Shown here: piece by piece, positions 22,601 through 34,000 of the stretch
Layout: each line of letters begins with the position of its first letter
How positions within the stretch are numbered: position 1 is the stretch's first letter
DNA from: Macrostomum lignano
Lineage: Eukaryota
Assembly (NCBI GenBank): GCA_002269645.1
Contig: NIVC01001922.1
Coordinates: 1 to 64,000, forward strand
DNA: 64,000 nucleotides
Direction: 5' to 3'
Translations under genes and position numbers: made by a program
Notes under the pieces: generated by a model
Database searches by the model: none
The model's input: the letters and a program-made list of their open reading frames with translations, nothing else
What the model was told of the DNA's origin: nothing

Positions 22601-25600
22601 CATAGAAGCATCGATCATGCAAAAACTCATGGACAAAATTTTGAATTTAGGGTTTTGGTTAGGGTTAGAATTTTGACAGGAGATTTTTTAAGATTTCAAG
22701 GCTACATGTAGCTTATTAAAAATACGTGTATTGCATTTCTTTGGCTCCCCAACGGGGGGCGTAGATTGCTAGTGTGTTGCTAAAAATAGAACCATACACT
22801 AGCAGCTTTGCTGAAAATACACTAACTCCTAAAAAATAGAACTCCGTCTTTCTGACTGTACATTTCGGGTTATGAAATCTTTCTTTGTTGAAATGCTTAA
22901 TTCCGCTAATAAAGAGGCCCCCAGTCCCTCACCTCGAGCTGCTTGCGCAGGCTCTCCGCATTCTTGTAGTTCTCCTGCTCCAGCCGCAGCTCGTCGGCCA
23001 GGCGCTGCGCCTCCCCGGCCAGCCGGTTGGCCCGGTCAGCCTCGGCCAGCCGGCCGTTGTGCGCGTCGTCGATCTCAGCCTGCGCGGCGGCCGCCTCCGC
23101 CTCCAGCCGGCGCTTGTCGTTGCTAAGCGACTGCATCTGCGCCTGCAGGTCGCCCAGCCGTCCGGTGGCCTCCGCCGCCTCCGCCTCGGCCGCCTTCGCC
23201 TTCCGCTCGGCCGCCTCCTTCAGGCCGCGGGCCTCGTCGAGCTCACCCTGGGCGGCAGCGCGGCGCTTCTCGCAGGCGGCCAAGTTGCTCTGCGGCCGGG
23301 TGGGCGGGTTCAGATGGCGTTTAGTTACCAAGCATTCTGTTTATTTTGGACTACACTCTATTTTGTCTGTCGATGTTTAACGATGTTTAGCGATTTTTAA
23401 GTGGGATTTTTATGATTTTTTAACTTTATGCCTCTTGCATAGTGTGATAATAAAGTTAGCTCTAATTAGGGTTTGGGCTATTGGAAGATGGCGAGCCAGC
23501 TAATGCAAACAGAAGGTCGGCTAAACTTACTGAACTCTATATCATGGCACAGCAATAAATTCAGAAAATCAATGAATCAATGAATCATCCAAGCCACTCA
23601 CTTGAGTAGCATCGTGAGCCCGACGCTCCTCCTCAAGGTAGGTCTCGAGCTCGTGCACGCGGCTCTGCAGGCCCTTGTTGTCCTTAGCCAGGCCGGCGTT
23701 CATGCGACCCAGGTTGTCAATCTGGCCCTCCAGGTCCGCGGCCAGGGCCTCGTACTTCTTCTTGGTGCGGCTGATCTCGCCCTTGTACTTGGACTCGATC
23801 TCGGTGATGGTCACGTGCAGCTCCTCGATGGTGCGCTGACTGGACTTGCGCAGGCTCTCCAGCTCGGCCTCCTTCTCATTCAGCTTGGCCTCCAGCTCGG
23901 TCTTGAGCGAGGCGAGGGCCTGCGTGGTCTGCTGGTACTTCTGCTCCAGCTCGCGCAGCGCCTCCTCGGCGTCGCGCAGAGACGAGGCCAGCGAGTCGCG
24001 CTCGGCCTGGAACTGGGAGCGCATGGCCTCGGAGTCGTTCAGGCGGCGGGTCAGGTCCCGGTTGGCGCTGTTGGCCTCCTTGAGCTGGCTGCTCAGCTGA
24101 CTGTTCTCCCGCTCTAGGGCGGCTCGCTTGTCCTCGGCGCTCTGCAGGTCCTTCTTGAGCTTGGCGTTGTCCGCCTGCAGTCCCTGGTTGGTGGAGCTCA
24201 GCGAGGAGTTCTCAGACGAGAGCTCGTCGCAGCGGATGGTCAGCTGGTTGACGGTGCTCTCGGCCTGCTTGGCGCGCGAAGCCAACTCCTGGTTGGCCGC
24301 CTGCAGGGCGTCGATGTCGCCCTGAAGCTCCTTGATCTCCAGCGTGAGCTTCTGCTTGGTCTTCTCCAGGTTTCCGGCGCGGGTGCGCTCGCGCTCGGAG
24401 ATGTCCTCCAGCTCCGTGATGCGGATGGTCAGCTTGCGCCTTTGGGGCGAGGGGGTATTGAAACAAGGACTGTTCTCAAGTTTGAGCTCGCAGTTAATAA
24501 ATAGTCTCTAAGCACCAACCTGATCTCCTCGTACTCCTCCAGCTTGACCGTCAGCTCCCGGTCGAACTTGGATTTCAGGGAGGCCAGGTCGGCGTTCAGC
24601 TTGGACACCTGGGTGCGCAGGTTGCCGGCGGCTTCGCTCTCCTCCTCGTACTTGGACTGCACAGCATAGTAGTCCTGCTGCAGTGTCATCAGCTGCGCCT
24701 GCAGGTTGTTGCGCGACTGCAAGCGGGTGGAGGAAGGGGAAGCTGGATTCGAATCTATCTTTTAAGAATTCCTGCAACAATAATATTCTTACCCGCGTCT
24801 CCTCATCCAAACTCTTCTTGAGATCGTCCACCTGGCTCTGCAGCGACGACTTGGCCTTGCTCAGCGTGGCCGCCTGCGTCTCGTATTCGTGAGCCACGCG
24901 CTGCAGATCGACGTTTTCAGTCTGCAGACGGCTCTGGGCCTCGTGGAGGCTGCGCGACTGGGCCGTCAGCTCGTCGTTCTGGCTGCGCAGCCGCGTCAGC
25001 TGCGTCTCGGCAGACTCGTACTTCGATTCGAAAGAGGCCTGGAAGGTTTTTGGGGATATGCTGAAAGTCATGACGTCACTAAGAGCATTAATGACGGCAC
25101 TTGCGTGGGTGAGCCATTCACATGACGGTATACCAGTAGTCAATCATTCTATGTAGCTGAGTGTACATTATGACGTCGGCTCATAAAACGTTAGGCAATA
25201 ATTAAGCAATATTTCCATGCAGCAGGCATGGTGCGTACCTTAGCCTTCATGGCCTGATCCACCTGGCTTGCCAGATTGTCGATCTCAATCAGCAGGTTGG
25301 ACTTCTCTTTCTCAGCGCGACTCTTCTGCTTGTTGGCGTTCTCCAGCTCGCCAGTCAGCTCCGTGATGGTCACCGTGTACTTCTTCTTCACCGTCTGCTC
25401 CAAGGACTCCAGCTGACTGTTGGCGTTCTCCAGGTCTTTCTTGAGCTTCTGAACCTCCTGGTCTCGCCGGCGAAGCATCTCCTGGGCCTGGCTGCTCATG
25501 CCGCCGGCCTCGTCAAGACGTTCGTTGGCCGCGTCGAGCTGGTTGGCGTAGTCGTTCATGTTGCGCTCGGCCTGGACGAGTTGAGTTGGGCTCAAGAATT

Positions 25601-26207
25601 GAATTCCTTTTCTTCTTCAAACCTTCGCATCTTTAGGTAGACTAGATAGATAAAACAAAGTCTAGAAGTACATGCTGTACTTCATGGTCTGATATTGTTG
25701 AAAGTTTTACGACAACAGCTTTCACGAATGGTCTTGCTGACTAAATCTTGAGTCAGCATACTGTAGAAAATTAGCTGACACGATGCCTCACAACGTACCC
25801 TACTGCGTCCATCGCGCTCCATCTCCAGCAGATCTTCGAGCTCCTTGATGCGTGACTGAAAGTTGGATTGGAGAGATGGATTCTTATAAAGTTCACTGGT
25901 TTAATAAATAGAATAAGTGTTACAGCTACTTTATCATACTTTTATGGGTACTAGAATGGACCAGTGGTTGTGCAACCTCGAAAAGACTGCCTCAAAAAGC
26001 GAAGAACTTCAATTAAAAGCCATCTGATTTTAGTCTATAAAATCTTTTAGCGAGCAGTTTAGTAAATAGGACTAGCCAAGTGCCCCCCTGCGTGTGGCTC
26101 ACCTCGAGGCGGTTCTGACTCGCCGGCGACAGGCCGCGGTAAATTCCGCGCGCCGAATAGGACGAAGAAGACGAGGCCTCCATGCGAGAGCTGCGACTCG
26201 AAGCCAT
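16646..26207 (-). CDS. Prm: Paramyosin; exons 26103-26207, 25799-25855, 25239-25571, 24793-25038, 24520-24716, 23602-24439, 22933-23289, 18090-18383, 16646-16843; 874 aa
   Basis: N-terminus [14 protein letters not shown]|[19 protein letters not shown]|AER, a long heptad coiled coil, and C-terminus [27 protein letters not shown]. All introns are GT-AG and the joined CDS is 2625 nt in frame. Confidence 0.96.
18505..18640. repeat. 52-bp repeat x~2.5 containing CTAAAAATAG, in paramyosin intron 7
   Basis: Direct reading. Confidence 0.8.
18545..18606. promoter_or_regulatory. Two canonical MEF2 sites (CTAAAAATAG at 18545-18554 and 18597-18606); third copy at 22780-22789
   Basis: Exact match to CTA(A/T)4TAG inside a muscle structural gene. 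Confidence 0.5.
19255..21240. repeat. ~2-kb AT-rich minisatellite, ~21-22-bp unit (AAAAATCATAGAAGCGTCATGT)
   Basis: Direct reading. Confidence 0.92.
21280..22770. repeat. Three to four diverged copies of a several-hundred-bp unit interleaved with TTAGGG-type telomeric repeats (cleanest at 22071-22141; degenerate at ~21655-21700, 22400-22492, 22650-22667)
   Basis: Recurrent CTGAGATGTCAAG / GCTACATGTAG / TTGGCTC modules, and (TTAGGG)n tracts. Confidence 0.7.
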
Positions 26208-27193
26208 GCCACCTGTGCTTATTGCAGTCGATTCGCTGCGGCTGTTTCAAAATTAGTAGATTAAATTAGACACGCAATTTGTTGAGATAGAACGACAAAA
26301 AGCTACTGGGACGATTGACTGAAACGAAGGGCTACTAGGAAAGTTCGAAAATCGGTTGCTACTAGGTCTGGTTGAAAAATCACGAGAGAAACAAAAACCA
26401 CAATGAACCAGCGAAAGAGAAGGCGGGCCCGGACAAAGGAAAGGGCAACAGTGGCAGGAAAAAACTGCTTCCACTTGAAACTCTCTCTCACTCTTGTTAT
26501 TGGGCTTCGGCCGCCGTTAAATACTGCAACGTCGATGCATCCCCTTTTCATTCTTCCCATTTAGCCTTTCCTCCCCCGACCTTCAATCCCCTGTTTTCCA
26601 GCAAAAACCGATGGATGGGCCGCGCTGGACAAGACAGGTTTTGCGCTCGCGCGCCCCGCCTGCATGGTTGGCCTTTACGGACGGCCGGGCAACGCGAAAG
26701 GAATGCCGAAGTTTGCCGTCGCTGGGGGAGCGGCCCAGCAATTCTTTCCTGTCTAAATCCCTGTCTGGCATCCACCATCGCTTCTCTTCAGTTCAGCTTC
26801 ACTTTCTGTACGCGCGAGGCAGCTAAAATTGGAACAGCGCGCGAAGACCCGGCAGCGAGCGAGAATACCTGCAGCTGGAAGAAGCAGACGGCGGGCCTGT
26901 TCGGCACCCCAAAGCTCCAAGTATTTTTTCGGGCCGCAACCCAGGAGCCGACCAATCGATAATTGCAAAGCCAGGTCAGGGCCGGGGCGGGGGAGGTCGC
27001 CCAGTCCAGTCAGTCAGGGTAGGGTGCGAGATGGGAAATGCGAAACGGATAGGCGCGCAACTGCTGGTCCTGGTTATCCCGTTCGGGGCTGATCCGCCTC
27101 TTACCTGAGGCAGATAACAACACGGATTTACAAGGATGCGCATCGAGACCTTGCCAACTGGCGCACAAAAGCTTCTTTCATTAGGTAGGAGCT

Positions 27194-27630
<437 letters not shown>

Positions 27631-28739
27631 AACTAATCTAGCAAAACTCTCAATGATGCTGCCTAAAGTAGAATGATATGCGCATTTAACTGGATATTCA
27701 GAATTTGCATGGTTTATCTAAAATTCACTTATACAATATACAATGGATAAATAATACAATAGATGACGTGCTGGATTTTGCAAACTGGGTAAAGAACAGA
27801 CCAAAATCAAACCAAAATACTATCGTCATCTGTCTGTCATATCTTGTGGGCATCCAGACCCCTGTGCCCTACCACAGGTAGCAGATCCTTGTTCCCATGA
27901 CTGACTTTTACTTAAAAAAGTATTTGTCCAGCAAATACGGGTAAGTTTAGCCAGCTTACCTTTCATAAGTTTGAGATCGACTCATTGCTCACGATGTTAA
28001 AATACTCGTAGTTAATACTAGCGTAAATACCAGATGCTGCACGACTTTCTGAAGTAAAAGGGCGTCAAAAGTGCGCGTGCACTCGATACGCAAAGATCTG
28101 CAGTGCTCGCAGTTGGCCCAGCTGGATTTAAGAAATTGAAAGCAAATTCGAACAGTGGATTGAAACCCCACTAAAGTGCCGCGCAGCTTTATACCGACGG
28201 ACGGCCTGCGCGTTTTACATGTAAGTTGTTTTTCCCCTGTGTACAGGCTGGACCAGCCACCGCCGGCACTTAAAATGTTCAAGTCCAGACAGGCGGGCGC
28301 TACTGCGGGACCAACAGGATGGGGAGAAAAGACTGCATGGGCGGCGGCCTCTCCTTGCCCGCGAAATGCGAAATGAAAAATGAAGCGGCCGTGGACTGCA
28401 AAGGTAAAGTCTCTCCATCCGGACCAGAACAAAATGTAAATGCCACGCCATTCCAGTTGTAGATCCGGTCTTGAACTAAACATGTGTAAAAAGTACTCGT
28501 TGACAGTTGGTGTACCAAGAGTTACCACGAGAGGCAACCAAGATGGACAAATGGCAGCTGTTTGCTCAACTCTTGTCACTTCTTGGACGCGGGGACACAA
28601 AATATTGATTGACACCCCTTAGCATTTTGTTGCGGCCCTTCAACTTTAAACTCCTGTGTACATGTACGCCACTGCTTGTAAATGTAAGTACAATAACTAA
28701 ATCAACTACTTTGAGCAGTTTCGCTGCTTTGCGCCTACA

Positions 28740-29028
28740 ATAACTGATTACGCCTGCCCCAATAGAGCCAGATGTGCAACCGACAGCTCAGCCGCAGCTA
28801 TTGCGCGGCGCACCTGAAGGCTGCGTACGGCTGTTGAGTCCAAGGACTGGGGGTCGCCACACACCCTCAATTACCCCAGCTGATGCTGGGACAAATTTTA
28901 CAGCTGAGTGAACTGAAGCAATGCAGAGTTGAGTGTCCTGCTCAAGGACACAAATAGTACCGAGTGAGTCGAGAAACGAACCCCCGACGTTTTAGTAGTG
29001 ATTCGGACGCTCTGACCACTGGGCTACA
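28740..29028 (-). mobile_element. tRNA-derived SINE with a CORE/Meta-like central domain (copy 1)
   Basis: The reverse complement begins TGTAGCCCAGTGGTCAGAGCG (A-box) ... GGTTCG (B-box-like), followed by TGTGTCCTTGAGCAGGACACT..TTGCTTCAGTTCACTCAGCTGTAAAAT. It is homologous to the copy at 33831. Confidence 0.8.
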
Positions 29029-29504
29029 AGCAAAGTAGCCTAAGCAGAAAGAATTGCAAGCAAAAGTCTGCAGCAAAATGATTATTTAACAACTGGGCGA
29101 TGTTGCACGTAGAGTTTGGGCGCAAATTCAAAAATTCTAGTTTGCACCTTTATTAAAAAATAAAAAGTCTGCAGTTTCAGTGAACAGCTGCCAACGCAGT
29201 GCATTCGGTATTTTATATTCAAACCATTGCAATGATACGGCAGGCAGAAACTCTGCAGCCATAAAATAAAACTTTATCCTGTAGTTCAGAAGCTCCGCAA
29301 TCAGTCACCCATCTAAGGAATATTATTACTAATTTTTGTTTTCGATTAAAAATTGCTATGAAATAGCAAGTGACTCAAATAAATATAAAATAGCAAATAA
29401 TTAGTAATAATAAGGATACTAATTACTAAATAAATCACTTTATAGAAATTAGACAACACAGAGAAGCTCCATTACTGTGGCCCCACAAATTATTGCAGAT
29501 TCCG

Positions 29505-30200
29505 GCAGGGAGTTGCAGGGAGATTCCTGTAGGGAGTTGCAGGGAGATTCCTGTAGGGAGTTGCAGGGCGATTCCTGTAGGGAGTTGCAGGGCGATTCCT
29601 GTAGGGAGTTGCAGGGAGATTCCTGTAGGGAGTTGCAGGGAGATTCCTGTAGGGAGTTGCAGGGAGATTCCTGTAGGGAGTTGCAGGGAGATTCCTGTAG
29701 GGAGTTGCAGGGAGATTCCTGTAGGGAGTTGCAGGGCGATTCCTGTAGGGAGTTGCAGGGCGATTCCTGTAGGGAGTTGCAGGGAGATTCCTGTAGGGAG
29801 TTGCAGGGCGATTCCTGCCGGGAGTTGCAGGGAGATTCCTGTAGGGAGTTGCAGGGAGATTCCTGTAGGGAGTTGCAGGGCGATTCCTGCCGGGAGTTGC
29901 AGGGAGATTCCTGTAGGGAGTTGCAGGGAGATTCCTGTAGGGAGTTGCAGGGCGATTCCTGTAGGGAGTTGCAGGGAGATTCCTGTAGGGAGTTGCAGGG
30001 CGATTTCTGCCGGGAGTTGCAGGGAGATTCCTGTAGGGAGTTGCAGGGAGATTCCTGTAGCGAGTTGCAGGGCAGAGCAGGGAGTTGCGGGGCGATTCCT
30101 GCAGGGAGTTGCGGAGCGATTTCTGTAGGGAGTTGCAGGGTGATTCCTGCAGGGAGTTGCAGGGTGATTCCTGTAGGGAGTTGCAGGGCGATTCCTGCAG
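29505..30200. repeat. 24-bp minisatellite (GGGAGTTGCAGGGAGATTCCTGTA), ~28 copies
   Basis: Direct reading. Confidence 0.93.
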
Positions 30201-31049
30201 GGAGTGGAGGCAAATCCATGAGCACAGGATATTATGACGTAATTAAAAATAAAGACAATAAATAAGTGCGGCATTGAGAAAACACAGTGCCCAGAAAAAA
30301 TGACAAAGGAAAAAGAGATTAGCTATAAAATCAGACACTCTGGTCAGGAAAGTGCCGCCGGTTGAGTCAGAAACCGCAGCTCCCGATGCGGGGTAAAAAC
30401 TGAGAGTGAGGGACGTCACAGGCACAAACTAGCAGAAAGCGTATCAGCGAACTTTCCCATGAAAGCAAATTTCACCTTAGACTGAAAGGTGCGCTGGATA
30501 GCGGCTGACTTTGACAATAAAACTGTCTAATTAATAAAGTTTAGCCAGGTGAGTTATACACAGACAAGTTTAAGATGCAATGCTGACATTGTGCAGTGTT
30601 CAACAAAAGTGCCCGCACTTTTATTAATTGACAAAGTATTCGATAAAAAACAATTAAGTTATTAAACAAGTAAGCAACTTATTCTGAAGAAAAACAACTT
30701 GAAGTTGACGAAAGAAAAATTTATCACTGTGCGGACGAAACACTGGAACCGAAAATTGATAATTAATATCTCACAGACTTCACGAAATCCTATCAAAAAA
30801 CCTCTGCACCTGATAGCATCATCTGCGATATTCAATAGTTTATCTAGGCCGTTAGTTTCAGCAGCTAAACTTTTACGCAAAGGGAAAGCGTCATGGAATT
30901 TCCGCGGAAAAGCCATGGGATTTCCATGGATTTCACATTGACAAGTTGCTGCTGGATACTCAAATCTGGAATTCTGACTAGACTGAGACAGAAGGTTCTG
31001 TTGATCAGGCAGCTGCATCGGTCTCTTTGGAGGACCAAGTTGGACTGCG

Positions 31050-34000
31050 CTAGCTGTCGGACCTGCAGTCCCCTTCTTCGGCATTCGCCGATTCTCCCTC
31101 CGTGTCGTCGCCAGCTACGAGCCGACGATCAAGCGGCCTTCGCAGCTGAAGTCGGGCGGCAGCATCGCCGAGCCTGTCGAGATGGACATCGTCGCCGGCG
31201 CCATCGGCCTCGACGTCGTTGTCGCACAGGTGCACCTCCTCGTCGATGTCCTTCTCCAGTTCGTCGGTGGCCGGCGCCGCTGCGCCGTCGACGTCTTCAC
31301 TGTCGTCGCCGTCTTCGTCGTCGGCTTCGTCATTGTTGCAGTCGGCGCCACCTGAGGCGGCAGCAACTGCCGGCTCGAAGGACCCGGCGGTGCTCGCCGC
31401 AGTGGCGCCGTCCAGCAGCAGCGGCGAGTCCGCGCCGGGGCCTCCGCCGCCGCTGCCAGCGTCCTCCGCGTCGATATCAACGTCGATGTCGCCGGAGGTC
31501 GGCGCCGGCGCCGCCGATGTCAGCTGGAGGCGGTCGCGCAGCTCGCAGACGAGTCGACGCTGAACAGCGGCTTCGGCCTCCAGGTGCGCGGCGTGCCACG
31601 CCAGGTCCCGGCACTTCTGGTAGAAATTCGGGGCGCGCACCTGCGGGTGGGGAAGGAGAGCTGACTGACTGACTGACTGACTGACTGACTGGCTGACTGG
31701 CTGACTGACTGACTGACTGACTGACTGACTGACTGACTGGCTGACTGACTGACTGACTGACTGACTGGCTGGCTGACTGGCTGGCTGACTGGCTGACTGA
31801 CTGGCTGTCTGCCGAACAAGAACCCAGCCGCACCTGGAACCGCAGCAGCAGGCAGTCAGAGTCCAGGTATCCCTCGCTGCTGAGCAGATCCAGCCGGAAG
31901 AAGCGGTTGTAGCCCCAGCACTCGCCAATGTCAAAGTCGGAGGCGAACTCGCGCACAATATTCCTGGAGGAGTCCCTGGCTGACTGGTGTACCATCTCCA
32001 CCCGGTACTCGTACTTGCTGGTCTCCGGCAGGCCGGCGGTGAGCTCCAGGAACACTGACAGGTAGTTGCCGCGCACGACTCCGTTGCCATCCGGATAGAC
32101 TTTGAGCCGCCAGCTGAGGCCGTGGACTCGCAGAGGCTCGCTGTAGACCGGGTCCGCCCGCTGCTGCAGCTGGCTGAACTGCTCCAGCCGGAACTCGCTG
32201 CCGTCATACGGGGGCACGATCTCGGACTGGAACTCGGCGGGCACCGGGGCCGTCACCAGGCTGCTGGTGGGCTGCCTGCGGGGCGAGTGCGAATAGGCGA
32301 TGGGAGGCTGCCCTGTGCTGCTACTGGTCAGTAGGCTGAGAGGGACATGCTTCGTGGCGTAAAAGCTGGGAACCGCCAACCGCACAGCCAGACACAAGCC
32401 ACCCACAACCAGACACAAGCCACCCACAGCCAGACACAAGCCACCCACAGCCAGACACAAGCCACCCACAGCCAGACACAAGCCACCCACAGCCAGACAC
32501 AAGCCACCCACAGCCAGACACAAGCCAACTGCACAGCCAGACACAAGTCTACAGAACCCACCGCCTAAAGTCGTTGAACATGGCCAGAATGTCAGCGGAA
32601 CGGTCGATCAGCTGACTCCGCGACAGCACCCGGACCTCGTATTCCACGCTGTTGAGAAGCGATTCGAGCACCTCGGCCTCGTGAGCCAGATGGCCGCGCT
32701 GAGTCATGAGGGTGACCAGCTTGGACTTGAGCTGGCTCTCCAGCCGGGTCACGATCAGCTCAACTGCGTTGCGAATCTCGCGAACTCGCTCGTCCTTGGC
32801 CTGCCGGACAGACTCCATGTTCTTCTCCTGGGATGGCGGTTTTGTGACTGACAAATTGACTGACTGATTGGTAAGTTACGCGATTTACTGATTCTGTAGC
32901 TGACTGATTGGTGAACTGAGTTATTGATTGGTTAACTGAGTTATTGATTGGTGAACTGAGTTATTGATTGGTGAACTGAGTTATTGATTGGTTAACTGGG
33001 TTATTGGTTGGTTAACTGGGTTATTGGTTGGTTAACTGAGTTATTGGTTGGTTAACTGAGTTATTGATTGGTTAACTGGGTTATTGATTGGTTAACTGAG
33101 TTATTGATTGGTTAACTGGGTTATTGATTGGTTAACTGAGTTATTGATTGGTTAACTGGGTTATTGATTGGTTAACTGAGTTATTGATTGGTTAACTGGG
33201 TTATTGATTGGTTAACTGAGTTATTGATTGGTTAACTGAGTTATTGATTGGTTAACTGGGTTATTGATTGGTTAACTGAGTTATTGATTGGTTAACTGGG
33301 TTATTGATTGGTTAACTGAGTTATTGATTGGTTAACTGGGTTATTGATTGGTTAACTGAGTTATTGATTGGTTAACTGGGTTATTGGTTGGTTAACTGAG
33401 TTATTGGTTGGTTAACTGAGTTATTGTTGGTTAACTGAGTTATTGATTGCTTGCTTGCTTGCTTGAGCGACTGGTGGATGCGAATAGCCGATGCAAACGA
33501 TACCGAAGCCAAGAAGCATCCCAGAATCGTTGCAGGCAACACAGGTAGAATAGGGAAGAAGTGACTCCAGACTAATTTAAAACGACGAGAAGTCACCAAA
33601 AAGTCGTCAAAGAGTTTCCTAAAGAGTCAATTTGAGTCTTTTTATTGCCTGCGACTCTGAAACCACTCTGGATCAATGCAATTGGGGCCGTAGAGTCCTA
33701 TCTGAGACGTGCTGGAGTCGCTGTAGAATCACTGAGTTGCGTCTAAAGCGCATCTGCGTCAATTTATGAATCAGAACCGCATTTTGCATTTATAAAAGCT
33801 CTATTTAATCTACTTGAGTTAGTAGGAGTTTGTAGCCGAGTGGTCAGAGCGTCGTACTCGCGACTTGAAGGTCGGGGGTTCGATTCGCGATCCCACTCAA
33901 AAACAATTTGTGTCCTTGAGCGAGACACTTACGTCGTAACTCTGCATTGCTTCAGTTCACCCAGCTGTAAAATGGGTGCCAGCATAAGCTGGGGTAATTG

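Noticed and set aside
27989-28615. 208-aa minus-strand ORF
   Set aside because: No recognisable motif or splice context; possibly decayed transposon sequence.
29435-30274. Long ORFs on both strands, likewise at 5180-6552, 8358-9366, 53961-55099 and 56307-57055
   Set aside because: These are translations of stop-free minisatellites, with no domain or splice support.
30662-31084. Minus-strand 140-aa ORF overlapping the TRIM37 stop, a possible frameshifted C-terminal extension
   Set aside because: Codon usage shifts to AT-rich and there is no recognisable TRIM37 similarity. It cannot be excluded without RNA data.
33831-33900. tRNA-like sequence with A and B boxes
   Set aside because: It lacks a proper acceptor stem and continues into a SINE body shared with 28740-29028, so it is not a tRNA gene.
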